NCBI GenBank assembly: GCA_002633005.1 | Contig: NMRA01000263.1 | Span: 24,692-88,691 of the forward strand | From: Phoronis australis | Lineage: Eukaryota > Animalia > Phoronida | Reading direction: 5' to 3' | DNA: 64,000 nt | In this document: piece by piece, positions 12,701 to 24,329 of the stretch | Position numbering within the stretch: the first letter of the stretch is position 1 | Layout of the letters: each line of letters opens with the position of its first letter | Program-made: the position numbers and the translations under genes | Notes under the pieces: generated by a model | What the model saw: the letters and a program-made list of their open reading frames with translations, nothing else | Database searches by the model: none | What the model was told of the DNA's origin: nothing

Positions 12701-15700
12701 CAAACTCATGAAAACGAAATCACTTAAAAAGGACCATGGTGTTGGGATTTTGTCAAATAAATTACGCAAAACGCAAAGGCTGACGTGATACTTGGGCCTT
12801 CTGCAGACCCATCGCAACAGACACTATCTTTTAACTCAGCTGCTCATACTACCCTGCTTAAGAATTTTGCAAGTGTTTTACTGTTTTGTTATTGATGACA
12901 GTCTTCACTGAAACTGGTTTATTTCCAAAGCATTCTTTTCCAATGCTTTCGTAAGTGAAACACCGACCGACATGGTGCACTCGTGTTTCATCTTCCATCC
13001 AGCATTTCGGGTTACACGACTCTGTTCCTTGAGCTGCTGCTTTCTTATGTTTCTGTAGCTTCAGTGACCTGTTACCGTTGCAACTAGCTTGTTTATTTTC
13101 GAACCCTCACCATATGCTTTGATGGAGCTTAATTCATGATCTATAACCACATTTTCATCTAGAATAAGACTTTTCATTTTTTTTTTAAATGTAGCATTTT
13201 TTATCGACCGATCAGGTAGCATGCACAGCGGTGGAAATGCATTTTAACACAGTTACACATGTCAACATAAGTTTGTTTTCCCTGATATGCTCACTGGCTT
13301 GGCAATTCCGATTCCTGCCTGGTCGACACAAAAAGACCGTCACACTACCTGTGTAGCGATAGGAAGAACTGATATTATCATAAGATGAGCTAAACGTTTT
13401 TCAATTCCAATGACCCAGGACAAGCATGAGTAAGATAACATCGGTCTCGATTGATCATAGCAGTGCATATCCATTTCACGGTTATAAGTTTCACACCTCA
13501 TGTTTTGCCTATGAGTTGCTTACATTGCATTAGTGTAGCCTTATTAGTTAATTATATAGCTTGCTCTCTAGAACAACTCCTGATAGTTAAGCCTTACTGG
13601 AAAGACTTAGTTACTTCCAACTCAACCATAGAGGGCCAAAATTAGCCTCCCGTTCAGTAACGCTAGGACCTCGCTAAAAAGCAAGACTTCGCGAGATTAC
13701 GTGAGGTATGGCCGTGTGTTTTAAATGAGAGCACGTGACTTTGACTGAGTTTTAGCTAGGTCCTAGCGTAGGTCCTAGCGTAGGTCCTAGCGTCTACTGA
13801 ACGCACGCTAGGTTTCATTTAATGACTTAACAGTACTAAATAGTTTGGATTTTTATCAGTGAATGCTAGACCGTTTTGGCTGGCCCGTTCAGTAGCAGTG
13901 TTAATAGTACGTTGAGCCCAGCATCTCATCTACTCTTTATTACCCGCATCGGTGATCAGCAGGGCTTGATCATAAACAGACACTCTTTCTCTTTAATTTT
14001 ATAAGAAGGATATGGGGTACTTCTAGTTCTTACAGGGTATTTTTTATGGCATCACTCACTGATGATAGAGCTGCGTCTATAGTTTGAATGCCTAGAGAAG
14101 ATAGACTTTGTCCATGCTATGACAAGGAGAAATTGAAAGTGAACTCCACTTTTACTTGTGCGTCCCCAGTACGCGGATCTTAGGATTAGTTTTAGGATTT
14201 CACATGTCTCTTTTTTAGAGTTGTTCGTATATTTTTCACAAAAATTATGTAGTCAAGAGATGAAGTGTTTGAAGAAATGTTGTGAAGTGCTTGTTTTTTT
14301 GCTGAAAAACGTAGATCGTCGTAAATGTTGAATTGTGAGCAGACTGGCAATATAGCGTCCAATTGAAAACGTATTCACTGTATGTATGTATGAGGGGCCG
14401 CTAGCCTCTATGTATTGACGAAATATACAATGTACCTTGGAGTCCCACTACTACTGCTACTGCTACTGCTACTGCTACTATTATCATTATCATTATCATT
14501 ATCATCGTTATTATTATGTTACATCATGCTCACAGAGTTGCTGTAGCTCTTTGTGCCTCCATATTGAGATTCAAGTCATCTTTCTTAAAACAGTCAGATA
14601 CTTTGGCTCTTAAACGTCGCCATTCTGACGTGGATTGCCTTTTCCTCTGACTGGTCATTGAAGATAGCCCAAGACGAAACAACTAACTAGATAATGAGTG
14701 TTTTTTCTCGTGCTTCTCAGAGACTTCAGCCAAGAGCACCTTAGCAGGGTTTTCTTTCAATCAAACCTTTGAACTAGCACTTTGTGGTGACACTTAGGTT
14801 TCTTTTCCTGAAAATGAACTCTCTCAGTTAGGTATTTCTTAATCATATGCAACAGCAAGCGCTCAGCAGCAACAGCTCAATATAGTTCGTTGTCAACAAG
14901 TTTCGTTTCTCACCGTCTTCTCACTACATATAATAGGCATTGTCTAAGTTTTGTTCCACTCGGCCTCAGCGTTCGCAACTATTTTTCTGGCGTTTGTGAA
15001 CATTTTCGCATCACGAATTATTGGCCTAGATGTAAGAGTAATTTTTTGCACTTCGCTGATATGTCACTTGGGGGAAACTAAATCAATATCATGGGAATTA
15101 GAAATTCACTAGATGATGCTTATTGAAAACAGAATCTTACTCATGCACAGAACACGAACGCCATCAGTGCTACTGAACTGGGGCGGGTTTCGTGGACACG
15201 GAAACTCACAAAACACAAGAACAGTTAAGTTTTCGTCAGATATTGTAAAGCAAAACACGGCATCCAATCAACTTGTCTCGCGAGTAACTTGTGCCTACTT
15301 TGCTTTCTGCCCTCAATCCATCCAGCTACTTATTAAAAATATTGAGCCTGAGCACCACCTAACGAATACCGAATCGCTCACTGAAGATCTCTCTATCCTT
15401 TAGGTGCTGGTTATGGAATACCTGAAAGGTGACAAATATTCAGTTGACGTGGTGATTTCCCGGGAAAAAATTGTTGGAGGCTTCGTTGTTAAGAGAGGTC
15501 CTGCCCCACTTCCGGAGTTTTGGAACACTTCTATCATCATTCCTGGTGATGATTCAGATAAAATGAACGATGAATTGATTGAAGCTTCGTATCAATGCTG
15601 TCGAGCCGTCGGTCTTCGCCACGGGGTGTACAACGTCGAATTGATCCGCGTCAAAGGTGACGAGTGGCCAAGGTTAATCGAAATCAACCCACGTCCTGCA

Positions 15701-16102
15701 GGTAATATGCTGGTTACATTACACAAAGAAGCGTATGCAAATGATACTATGGTCATACATGCGAAACTCCGCTGTAGCGTTGAACTTTCTCTTTGTGAGA
15801 TGAAGATTGAGCCCAAAACACACGTGACTGCATATTACTTCGACTTGGTCAGGCGCAAAGATAAGTTGAGAACAGCTTACGGTCATATGTTATCAAACGC
15901 AAAGGAATACGATGTCAGAATGTTGAATACAGGACCGAAAACTATGACAGAAATGATGTACGATAACTCCAAGTACGTGCGCCCAATTCTAGTAGTGATG
16001 ACGTCAGATGAATCAAGATGTGAGGCGATCAATAAATTGAGTCGATTTCTCGTTGATTCAAAGTACTTCGGTAGCATGGAAGAAGCATTGCTGTACTTTT
16101 AA
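9730..16102 (+). CDS. ATP-grasp amide ligase, carnosine synthase 1 (CARNS1)-like, half-size form, copy 1 (461 aa, 4 coding exons)
   Basis: Exons 9730-10038, 10460-10618, 12079-12297, 15404-16102, all with ag/gt junctions (e.g. aac|gtgagt, tacag|gta, aag|gtaagt, ttcag|tat, tcg|gtaaga, tttag|gtg), all phase 0, joining to an uninterrupted ORF. Kozak-like ccaaccATGG. ATP-grasp motifs FPVVMKPQCGSGSVGC, VMEYLKG, GVYNVEL, LIEINPR; CCRAVGLRHGVYNVEL...PRLIEINPR resembles the CARNS1 C-terminal segment as I recall it (CCLGCGLLDGVFNVEL...PRLIEINPR). Confidence 0.88.
11470..11632. mobile_element. Small fold-back MITE in intron 2 of copy 1
   Basis: Ends atagattattacatg...catgtaataatctat plus inner inverted arms (ttatctagagc/gctctagataa); absent from the homologous intron of copy 3. 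Confidence 0.7.
13645..13807 (+). mobile_element. ~150 bp MITE family, copy a (intron 3 of copy 1)
   Basis: Inverted ends cgttcagtaacgctaggacct...aggtcctagcgtctactgaacg; related copies at 17538-17685, 23051-23203, 32831-32968. Confidence 0.75.
14447..14517. repeat. Compound microsatellite (CTACTG)n + (ATT/ATC)n
   Basis: ctactgctactgctactg...attatcattatcattatc read directly. Confidence 0.85.
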
Positions 16103-16297
16103 ATGAACAATTATTAAGCTAATTAATCTCGGTGTCAATTTTTTATCCTGGGACGAAAACCCAAGTTAGTCGTAATAACACGGGTGATATCAGCCTCAGC
16201 TGACGTCAACCCTTCAGTAGTGCCGAATTCTCACTGATAGCAAATGTGCGCCGCATGCGTCTGCCGTGGCTATTACGTTGCTGGAGAGACTTGACAC

Positions 16298-16303
16298 AAT
16301 AAA
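16298..16303 (+). promoter_or_regulatory. Candidate polyadenylation signal of copy 1
   Basis: AATAAA about 200 nt after the stop, in a 3' block conserved with copy 2 (gacacAATAAAcgtttgc). Confidence 0.5.
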
Positions 16304-16596
16304 CGTTTGCTATGCGTAATTGAATGACACATAACACCTAGATCCCGACAGAGGCTGCGTAACTCAAAGTGGGTATTGAGGCAATGTTGTAATTGCGTCA
16401 TGAAGCTGCACGGGCCTGGTCTAATTAAAGTTTCTTTAATATCTAGTAAATATTAATTGCTGCTCTTTTTCTTTTCATTCGAAATTAATTGGCAGGTGAT
16501 GGGAATAGTTGTATTTTTGTACATTCGGTAATGGCAATTAATATAAATGGTTAATGGATAGTTCAGTTGTGGCGTAGTACGTGGAGTGTTGACACT

Positions 16597-18860
16597 TCAC
16601 GGATTTGAACCATAATATGCATTTTGATTACCTTTGAAATTATAAACAAAACAGTAAATTTCAATCTCATTATACCTTGTTTAAGGGGGAGTAAGTCAGG
16701 GGGCCTTTATTTTGGGGTAAAACCAGGCAAAGGACTCACCGAAATGGCCTATTTTCAATGCATTATAAGAAAATACTGATGCACAAGATAATCAATTGTT
16801 TGTATTTTTGTAATAAAGCAAGTCTTTGGCTTCATCAAGATGTTCAACAATTCTCATTAAATGCCGCTAAGATCAAAATTTCAGGTTTAAAGTACAGTGG
16901 GGTCAGAGATTAACGAAGCATTGCGATTTCCCAACATTTTGAGCCCGTATATGTCAGTTGGCACAACACTGATCAACACCAGACACAAAACGTTTCTATC
17001 TTAGTGTTGTTGACACCGTAAAATCGTCTGGCGGTGAGAATTATTCTATAGGAATTACAACCTTCAGACAACCACCTCAGTTGAAATCACCTTCAATACC
17101 GATAAATGTACTTTGGAACGCTATAAAACCAGTAAAGTACATAGATTTGATTCGAAAATTGTTTTATTAATGTTTAGTTTAGTTTCATTAAGTAAGGTGC
17201 ATTGATTTATTTAAATTATTTTTTCCATTTTCACCAAAATTCCGTGCTTTTCGTGAACACATTGTCCAACAACAGATTCTCTTCAGTGGTGGTAACATGG
17301 CTGACGATCCTGACTTGCAGTTTTAGGCCTAACTACTGTGATGAAGTGTGTGTGGTACCTCAAAAGAATATCCTCTGCTCATGTGTGAAGCTTATACTAA
17401 CAATCAATTGATGCAGCATAAACTGAGTACTAAGTCATCACACCTATAAACTGAATGGCAATTGATTTTGGCGAGAGTCGGACAATTTATGACTGCGTGT
17501 CCACCGGATCTGTCTGTGTGTCCAAGACACCGGGCGAGCGGTCAGTAGACGCTAGGACCTACGCTAGGACCTAGCTAAAACCTAGTAAAAGTCACGTGTT
17601 CTCGTTTAAAATACACGGCAATATAACGTGTAATCTCGCGAAGTCTTGCTTTTTAGCGAGGTCCTAGCGTTACTGAACGGGAGGTGGGTTCGTCTTGGAA
17701 TTAGCCTCAGTGGAAACCAAGTAGACTGTGCGAATATCCATGTCATTAGTAGTAGCTCGCGTGCCAACCTTGAAGTGGGGTTGCTGGTTGAAATGTCTAA
17801 AGTCGACTCACTGCCACTGGAACAAAATAATGAATGTGTTCTTCCTGGTTGTATCTGGTTAGTACTGCTTTGTTTGAATTTGAAGTTACATGTATCACAT
17901 GATGGTAGCATTTTGGCGGTAATAGCCAGGGTTATAGATACCTGAATTGAGAACCGGTTAGTACCACTAGAAACAATGGGTAGTATTCTATGGAACAGTG
18001 TCAGGGTATTACTCAGCATCCCGCGCGCCGAATTTGGTGGGCAACATTTGCCACGGTTTAGTGCGCCGATGGGTAACTACGGGCAAATTCTCAAAGAAGT
18101 TAGGCACTCTTTTGTTTCCCAACTTCACAGCCACTTCTGTCTGCCCCTCCCCTCCAGCACGGTGAGTGGACCCAAAATCCTATCTAATACCTTGTAGTGG
18201 AAGTAACAGGTTCTCCTTTCAGGAAATTTACAAACTGACTGATTATGCATGTATTATCAAAATGTAGCAACAGTACTTGTTCGGAAAAGTATAGAGACAA
18301 TAAAACTTTTTATTGTGCCCACTGATGAATTTCAGTGAGCGTGCATCACTGTACTAAACTGATGGACAATCTTGAGTTCGTAAGAGTGAAGTACGGCTCA
18401 CAGCAGGCACAAATGCCCAGAGGGGTGATAAACGCAGTGTCACGGATTTGAACCATACAAGGCATTTTAGTTTCCTCAGGGGTGATAAACAAAACAGTAA
18501 AGTCCAATCTCATTTTACCTTGTTTAAGGGGGAGAAATCATGGAGTCTCTATTTTGGGGGTATACCATGCCATGGACTCACCGAAAATGCCTTATTTGCA
18601 TTGCATAATAAAAAATACCGGTACACAAGATCATTAATTGTTTGTAATTTTGAAATATGGCAAGTCTCCGGCTTCACAAAGATGTTAAATAATACTCATT
18701 AACTTTGCCACTAAGTTCAAAATTTCAGGCATGAAGTATAGAGGGGTCAGAGGTTAACAAATCATTGCAATTTCGCCACACTTTGGGCCCGTATATCTCA
18801 ACTGGCACAACACTGATCAACACCAGACTTTTACACAAGACGTTTATATCTTCGTGATGT
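16597..18860 (+). repeat. Two diverged direct copies of a ~400 bp unit (16597-17010 and 18441-18860)
   Basis: Both start cacggatttgaaccata and share aaacaaaacagtaaa...tcaatctcatt, ggactcaccgaaa and ggcacaacactgatcaacaccagac. Confidence 0.75.
17538..17685 (-). mobile_element. ~150 bp MITE family, copy b
   Basis: Reverse complement of the 13645-13807 element. Confidence 0.75.
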
Positions 18861-19224
18861 TGATTTGCACAATACAATCTTCATCTTCGCCCGAACATTG
18901 TACAATCTGTTGGGTTCCCTGAGTGATTTAACCAGTTGTTATTGATGTGATATTGTAGAAACTGAGGTAAAGGCAAAATTCAATATAGGAACACTTGTTA
19001 TGATTTTGTCGGTAAAATTTAGGATGTTAAGTCACTGTTCTGGTTGACACTTTGTTGTCCAATTTATTTAAAGATGCTGGTATTTCAGTTTTCATCTTTC
19101 AAATTCATATTACTCTCAACCTCACTTAACTAAAACGCGAGGCCTTATCTGAGTGTTGACTTTTCTACAGGCTTAAGGAAAGGCGGTGACTTAACCAGAC
19201 TGGCGAGTTTTAGGTAGTATATGT

Positions 19225-19830
19225 GATGACAAGTTAAGGGAGGGGGCCCTGAATTTTGAAAGGTTAAGTTTGGGATTCACATACTTGAACCGATTCAAAG
19301 AACACATTTAGATACCTCGTTTTTCCATGCTACTTTGCCCAACTTAACTCGATGACCAGTGTTAAGCCAGATTGCAGTCACATTAAATATCTTTTTTTAC
19401 TTTAATTTGTTCCAACATTGTTTTTGCAATGTGACAAGTAATTAGCACGGTATCTGTTGATGAGTTAAGGGAGGTACGGATGTCACCTGGATTTTGAATG
19501 GATAACATCAGGAGTGTCATGCTTGAGCCGATTCACTGGCATTTAGTGCTTTTATCACATTTAGATATCTCGTGTTTTCCAAGTTACTTTGTATAAATTA
19601 ACTGGGCGATGAGTGTTTAACCAGATTCTAGCCGCATTAGATTTCACTTTAATTTACTTTGAAGTGGTCCAACATTGTATATACAGACTTAGGAGTTAGG
19701 TGTACAGTAGGGGATGAGGAGGTACATGTAAGCGAGATCACCTGTATTTTGAACAGTTAACACAGGAGTGTCATATTTGAGCCAGTCCATTAGCACTTAG
19801 TTCAGTTACCACATTTAGATATCTCTGTTG
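19225..19830 (+). repeat. Diverged tandem repeat, ~240-280 bp unit, about 2.5 copies
   Basis: Recurrent cctg(a/g/t)attttgaa, ttga(a/g)cc and cacatttagata(c/t)ctc at ~19250/19490/19740 and ~19303/19556/19810. Confidence 0.65.
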
Positions 19831-20055
19831 TGATTTTGCCTAAGAAAAGTAGATAGTCTTGCTATTAAAGCGCCATGAAGATTTAGCAGTTAGATTCCAA
19901 CGTGCATGAAGCTATATTTTAAACTCGAGACTGTTTCAAAGTTTATATGCTGTATATTGTTTGGAAAAACATGAGCTACAATACGATACTTGTGGTGTAC
20001 TTATGGACTTTATACTGAAAGCAGCCTTTATCGTCCTCACTTCTTTCACGTGACC

Positions 20056-21770
20056 TCTGTAGTGGATGAAAATCTGACCATGCTTCTAACAGGAGGCATT
20101 TATAACGGCTCATCACCTGGAACGGGATACCATTGCCCTCAGGAGGACTGGGAAGTAATTTGAATTCACTTCTTTAAACTTGTCACAACTAGTCACACAC
20201 ACTTACAGTGTATTCAACTATGTTCCTTTGTGCCTCCCACAGCGCATATGAAGTATCTTCTCACTGGTAGCTGGCTCCATGTAGTCAGCCCACACTGCTA
20301 CTTGAAAGTCTCACATTTTTTCACATATGTCAGTCACAACAAGCTGCACACAGATATCAAAATGACAACACTAGCCAGCCATACCACTCCAAAAAGTGAA
20401 GTTATTGGGGCACTGGCCGCTATACAACGTCCACGGAAATCTGGTCACCAGTGGTTTTGCCTTTGCCTGTAATTGCCAATGAATCTTTCATCTTGACACT
20501 GTCCTCCGCTTTCAACGCCCTCCATCACATCCACTTGACGCTTCCTCAAAAATAACGTTTGTTCAGACACACTCCAGAGCTAAGTCTCAGTAAGCATAGT
20601 CTTTGTTAACAGGACAATCACAAATAAAACCAAAAATAAATGATATTTTTCATACAACACTGTAAGATTTGGAAAGTCGCAAGAGGGGAGGAGGTAACCA
20701 CGTTTTTTGAAGTAAAGTGTTATGACCATCATTTATCGGCCGTGTTTCGTTTTTTTAGCTGTGCGAATGAGATTATCGAGCTTTGTAAAACCGGTGAGAT
20801 TTGAATTTCGACTCTCGCAAAAGGTGTCCTGCCAAAACTACCGCTGTTTGTCTAGTAAGTATCCTAATTCTATGACTACGAGCACTTTTCAGAAATAAAG
20901 TAGAGTACTCTTGGTGCCTAGAAAATACGAAATTCGACGAATGATCAATTGATTCATAGTTTGCGGGTCAACTAGTAGCAAATATTCATTTTTGTTGACG
21001 TTTGTCGGCATTACTGATTGTGGTGAAATGGCGTAACCACCAGTCACTTTTGACCTCAACTGACATGAAATTCGTAAGGACCAGAGGCTTTTTGTCTTAT
21101 TTTGTTGATCTAAGATAGCTCAACACTACTAAAATGTTCTGAAATTTGTGCCAGCTGAGATATCGTAATACGAATTTAGCCAATTTTGACAGTTTCAAAA
21201 ATCACTATAAGTACTCATCATATGCGGCCCTAAAAACAGACAAAAAATTATTGAAATCTTTTAAATTTGCATGAATAAAGTAGTTGAAGGTCACCCCTAA
21301 TCAATAACATAGGTTCCATATTTCAATGTTACTTTCTCTGCCTAACAGAAGTGTCGAAATTTTACTAAAACTCATCGGCCGCCAAGATCACAACTTGCCG
21401 GAAACAAATATTATTCATGGAAACAAGAAGGAGGCGTTTTGAAAAAAATAAAGGTAGCCTGAATTCAGTGGGGCCAGGGTCAACACACAGAGAAAATATA
21501 TAGAGAAACTGTGGCATAGCGTTTATCACCCTTTGCCTGGTCCTTTCGCGAACATGCTCCTAAGACCAAAAACTTGTCTTTACTTACGACCAAAGATAAA
21601 AAGTCAGAAGAGACGCACCGTTTCGTGAACACAAAGTCGAATTTTGGGTCTTCGGTCTGAAATTAGACATTATTTCTGTTCTGACATTGAAGAGCGTACA
21701 AACTACGCTTTCAAATTCACAAAACTAAACGAGGTGATGTGTAAGAGTAATATTAGTCTTGCAATTCTTG
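20056..21770 (+). repeat. Duplicated segment (partner 1597-2345) with about 1 kb extra internal sequence
   Basis: Direct similarity to 1597-2345 in two colinear blocks. Confidence 0.85.
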
Positions 21771-23050
21771 AAAGGGGATTTATTGACATTTTGTAAACAA
21801 ATATGATTTTGTTTGCTTGAGAAGACCCTGGTATGACTGGAAAATGATATTTCACAAGTGCCGGTAAGTAACACTGAATTGGCCCTACTTCCTTTGCCGG
21901 TTTAGTGATTCAAAAAAAACACAAGGTGATCTTCAATATGACATTGTTTAGAGAAATGAAATTTTGAAAATAACAACGGTTTAATCTTGGTGTAAATGTC
22001 CAACAGTCCAATCTTAAGCCTACTCTACAGCAAGCATAATTTCGGTTTTCGACTAGATTAGACCGATTTTGGTCTTAATATGCATAATACGTGGCTAAGA
22101 CAATTTGTTCTTAATTTAGCCCGATTTCAGTCTTGGTTAAGACAGAAAACTTTTTATGAAACTGGCCCTGGGAAAAGAACCAAGCAAAAGGTAGAGAAGA
22201 AGTTTATCGATTTAGAGGTTTTATAGGCTTTTTTATCGAACGACAGTGTTGGAAATATTACTTGAAGTTAAGCTATGTTATTTAAAGGTATTTTTGCTAA
22301 TATGTATCTTTTGTGCTCAAATTTTGTACACTAGTTTATCTTTCAAGTACTCCCATACGAGAACTTCTCCAAACAAACCTCAAGTTGATTATTTTGCTCC
22401 AACGTATGCTACAAGGATGACTAATTAACCAAAACTTGCAGCGTTTGACAAACTGATTATTAAAAGAAAACGTAAAAAAATGGGTCTGAAAAGAATCTTT
22501 ATCTATTATTACGTATCTATGAAATGTTGAGCAAGATAAAATCAATATCGTTTCATGTGAACTTCTGGACACACTATCACAAAAATGCTTCTAGTGTCCT
22601 GTGTTGCGTTCGTATATTTGGTTTCTTTCAGCGCTTCAACAATGCAGTTTGCAGCTACAAACTTTTTATTATTCGTCTATGAAGTGCTCTCGGAGTTAGC
22701 CCCGCCAGCCTCAGCTCTTGTCCTGATTTGGATTTTGGTGTTGTGGGTGATTCGCGCCAGTGAAATTATCATCCAGGTTTCTGTCGTTATCAGGTGTATT
22801 GCCATCTTCAAAATTGCGAGGCGTGATTTTCCTGCATAACCGCGAACACCGTTGTCTCCACTTTGCTACGCAGACTTTTTACTTCTCTACTTCAAGTTTC
22901 ATTTTCTGTGTTCTGTATCCCGCATGTCTGAGAGCTTTAGACCTGCAGGATGTCCCTCTCTTTCTACCTGGAAAGCTTGGCTTTACGCAAAGCCTTTCAT
23001 TTGATCTCGTTGATGCCCCAAGCCCTTCGTTTTCTTTTGAACTGGACACC

Positions 23051-23203
23051 TGCCTCCCGTTCAGTAACGCTAGGACCTCGCTAAAAAGCAAGATTTCGCG
23101 AGATTACGTGAGATATTGCCGTGTATTTTAAATGAGAACACGTGACTTTGACTAGGTTTTAGCTAGGTCGTAGCGTAGGTCCTAGCGTCTACTGAACGCA
23201 CAC
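23051..23203 (+). mobile_element. ~150 bp MITE family, copy c
   Basis: Very similar to 13645-13807. Confidence 0.75.
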
Positions 23204-24329
23204 CTGGTTTCTCTATGCGCCATTGTCAATAAGGTTCTTAGGTCTAGGACTTGAAACGACGTCGCCCGTGGCAGATACTTGCTACTTCTTTCTGTAGTAT
23301 CTCCTGTGGTAAATTCTAGCCTTGGAGTTGTCTATTTTTGGATGTCGGATTTCTCGGAGGCGGCAACCTTGTATCCGTTTTGTCTTTCTCTTTCCTTTCT
23401 CAGGAAATCAGGATACTTCGTTTTTTACTTTCTCGATATGCTTTTTGAATCTCTGCTTATGTTTTACCCATAATGTCTGAAAGAGATAAGTCTCAATAAA
23501 ATATCATGATCGTATGAGGGGAAAAATGCCTATGCGCAGCACTGCTAGACAGACCTAGCTTCAGTCACCAAAATGCAAGTGTTCGCTTTCAGCCCGGGAA
23601 GCAAGTCATCTTATTAGGGCAGGGGATGTGGTCGGACTCCAAACATGGGGCGAAATTTATACCAAGAGCAACAAATTCGACCCATGTTTGTACCAACAGC
23701 AAGAACTGAGACCCATATTTATACCTCAACTGAAAAAGCTTACCGTAGAAGGTGAAAAAAGCGACCACATTTATACCAAAAAAATGAAAAATGCGACCCA
23801 TTTGGGGGCCACGTCCCCACCAACTTTATTATTACATTGAGTGCCCCAGAATTTCAGTTTTCAATGAAATAAAAAATGGATTTCCAGCAGAACTGTAAGA
23901 TATCGTCACTGTAAGCTTTAACTCGATTTGAATCGCCCTTGCCTAAGAAAAATACCTACCAGTCATCAGTTGGAGGATTTTTCATAGATACGTTATTTTG
24001 AATCACAGAAAACACATCAGTTACTAATTTTAGTTTGATGTGGAGCCGCTTCTCAATTTACTAATTTAAAAGCTATTTCGCGTGTAAATATACATTCCGT
24101 TTAAACATGCTTGATTTGAATCGTCACTACCTTGTTTGAAGGGGATTCATAGATAGGTTATTTAGCTTGACATAGATACATTACTACAGAAAGCCTGTTT
24201 CGGTTGGACCTGTACAATTTTGTTTATTTTCACTAAACATAGGACTGTTTCTTAACGCTATGAAAGCTATATAATATCGCTTCGGAAAACACTGCCCATT
24301 CATTTTAAATCTGACAATACGTTTACTTA

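Noticed and set aside
15113-15403. Extra coding exon just before the last exon of copy 1
   Set aside because: Ends at the TAG that forms the splice acceptor; the homologous copy 2 sequence is not open in this frame.
22570-23480. K/E/R-rich minus-strand coding-like region
   Set aside because: Fragmented, interrupted by a MITE and no recognisable motif; probably transposon-derived but not supportable.
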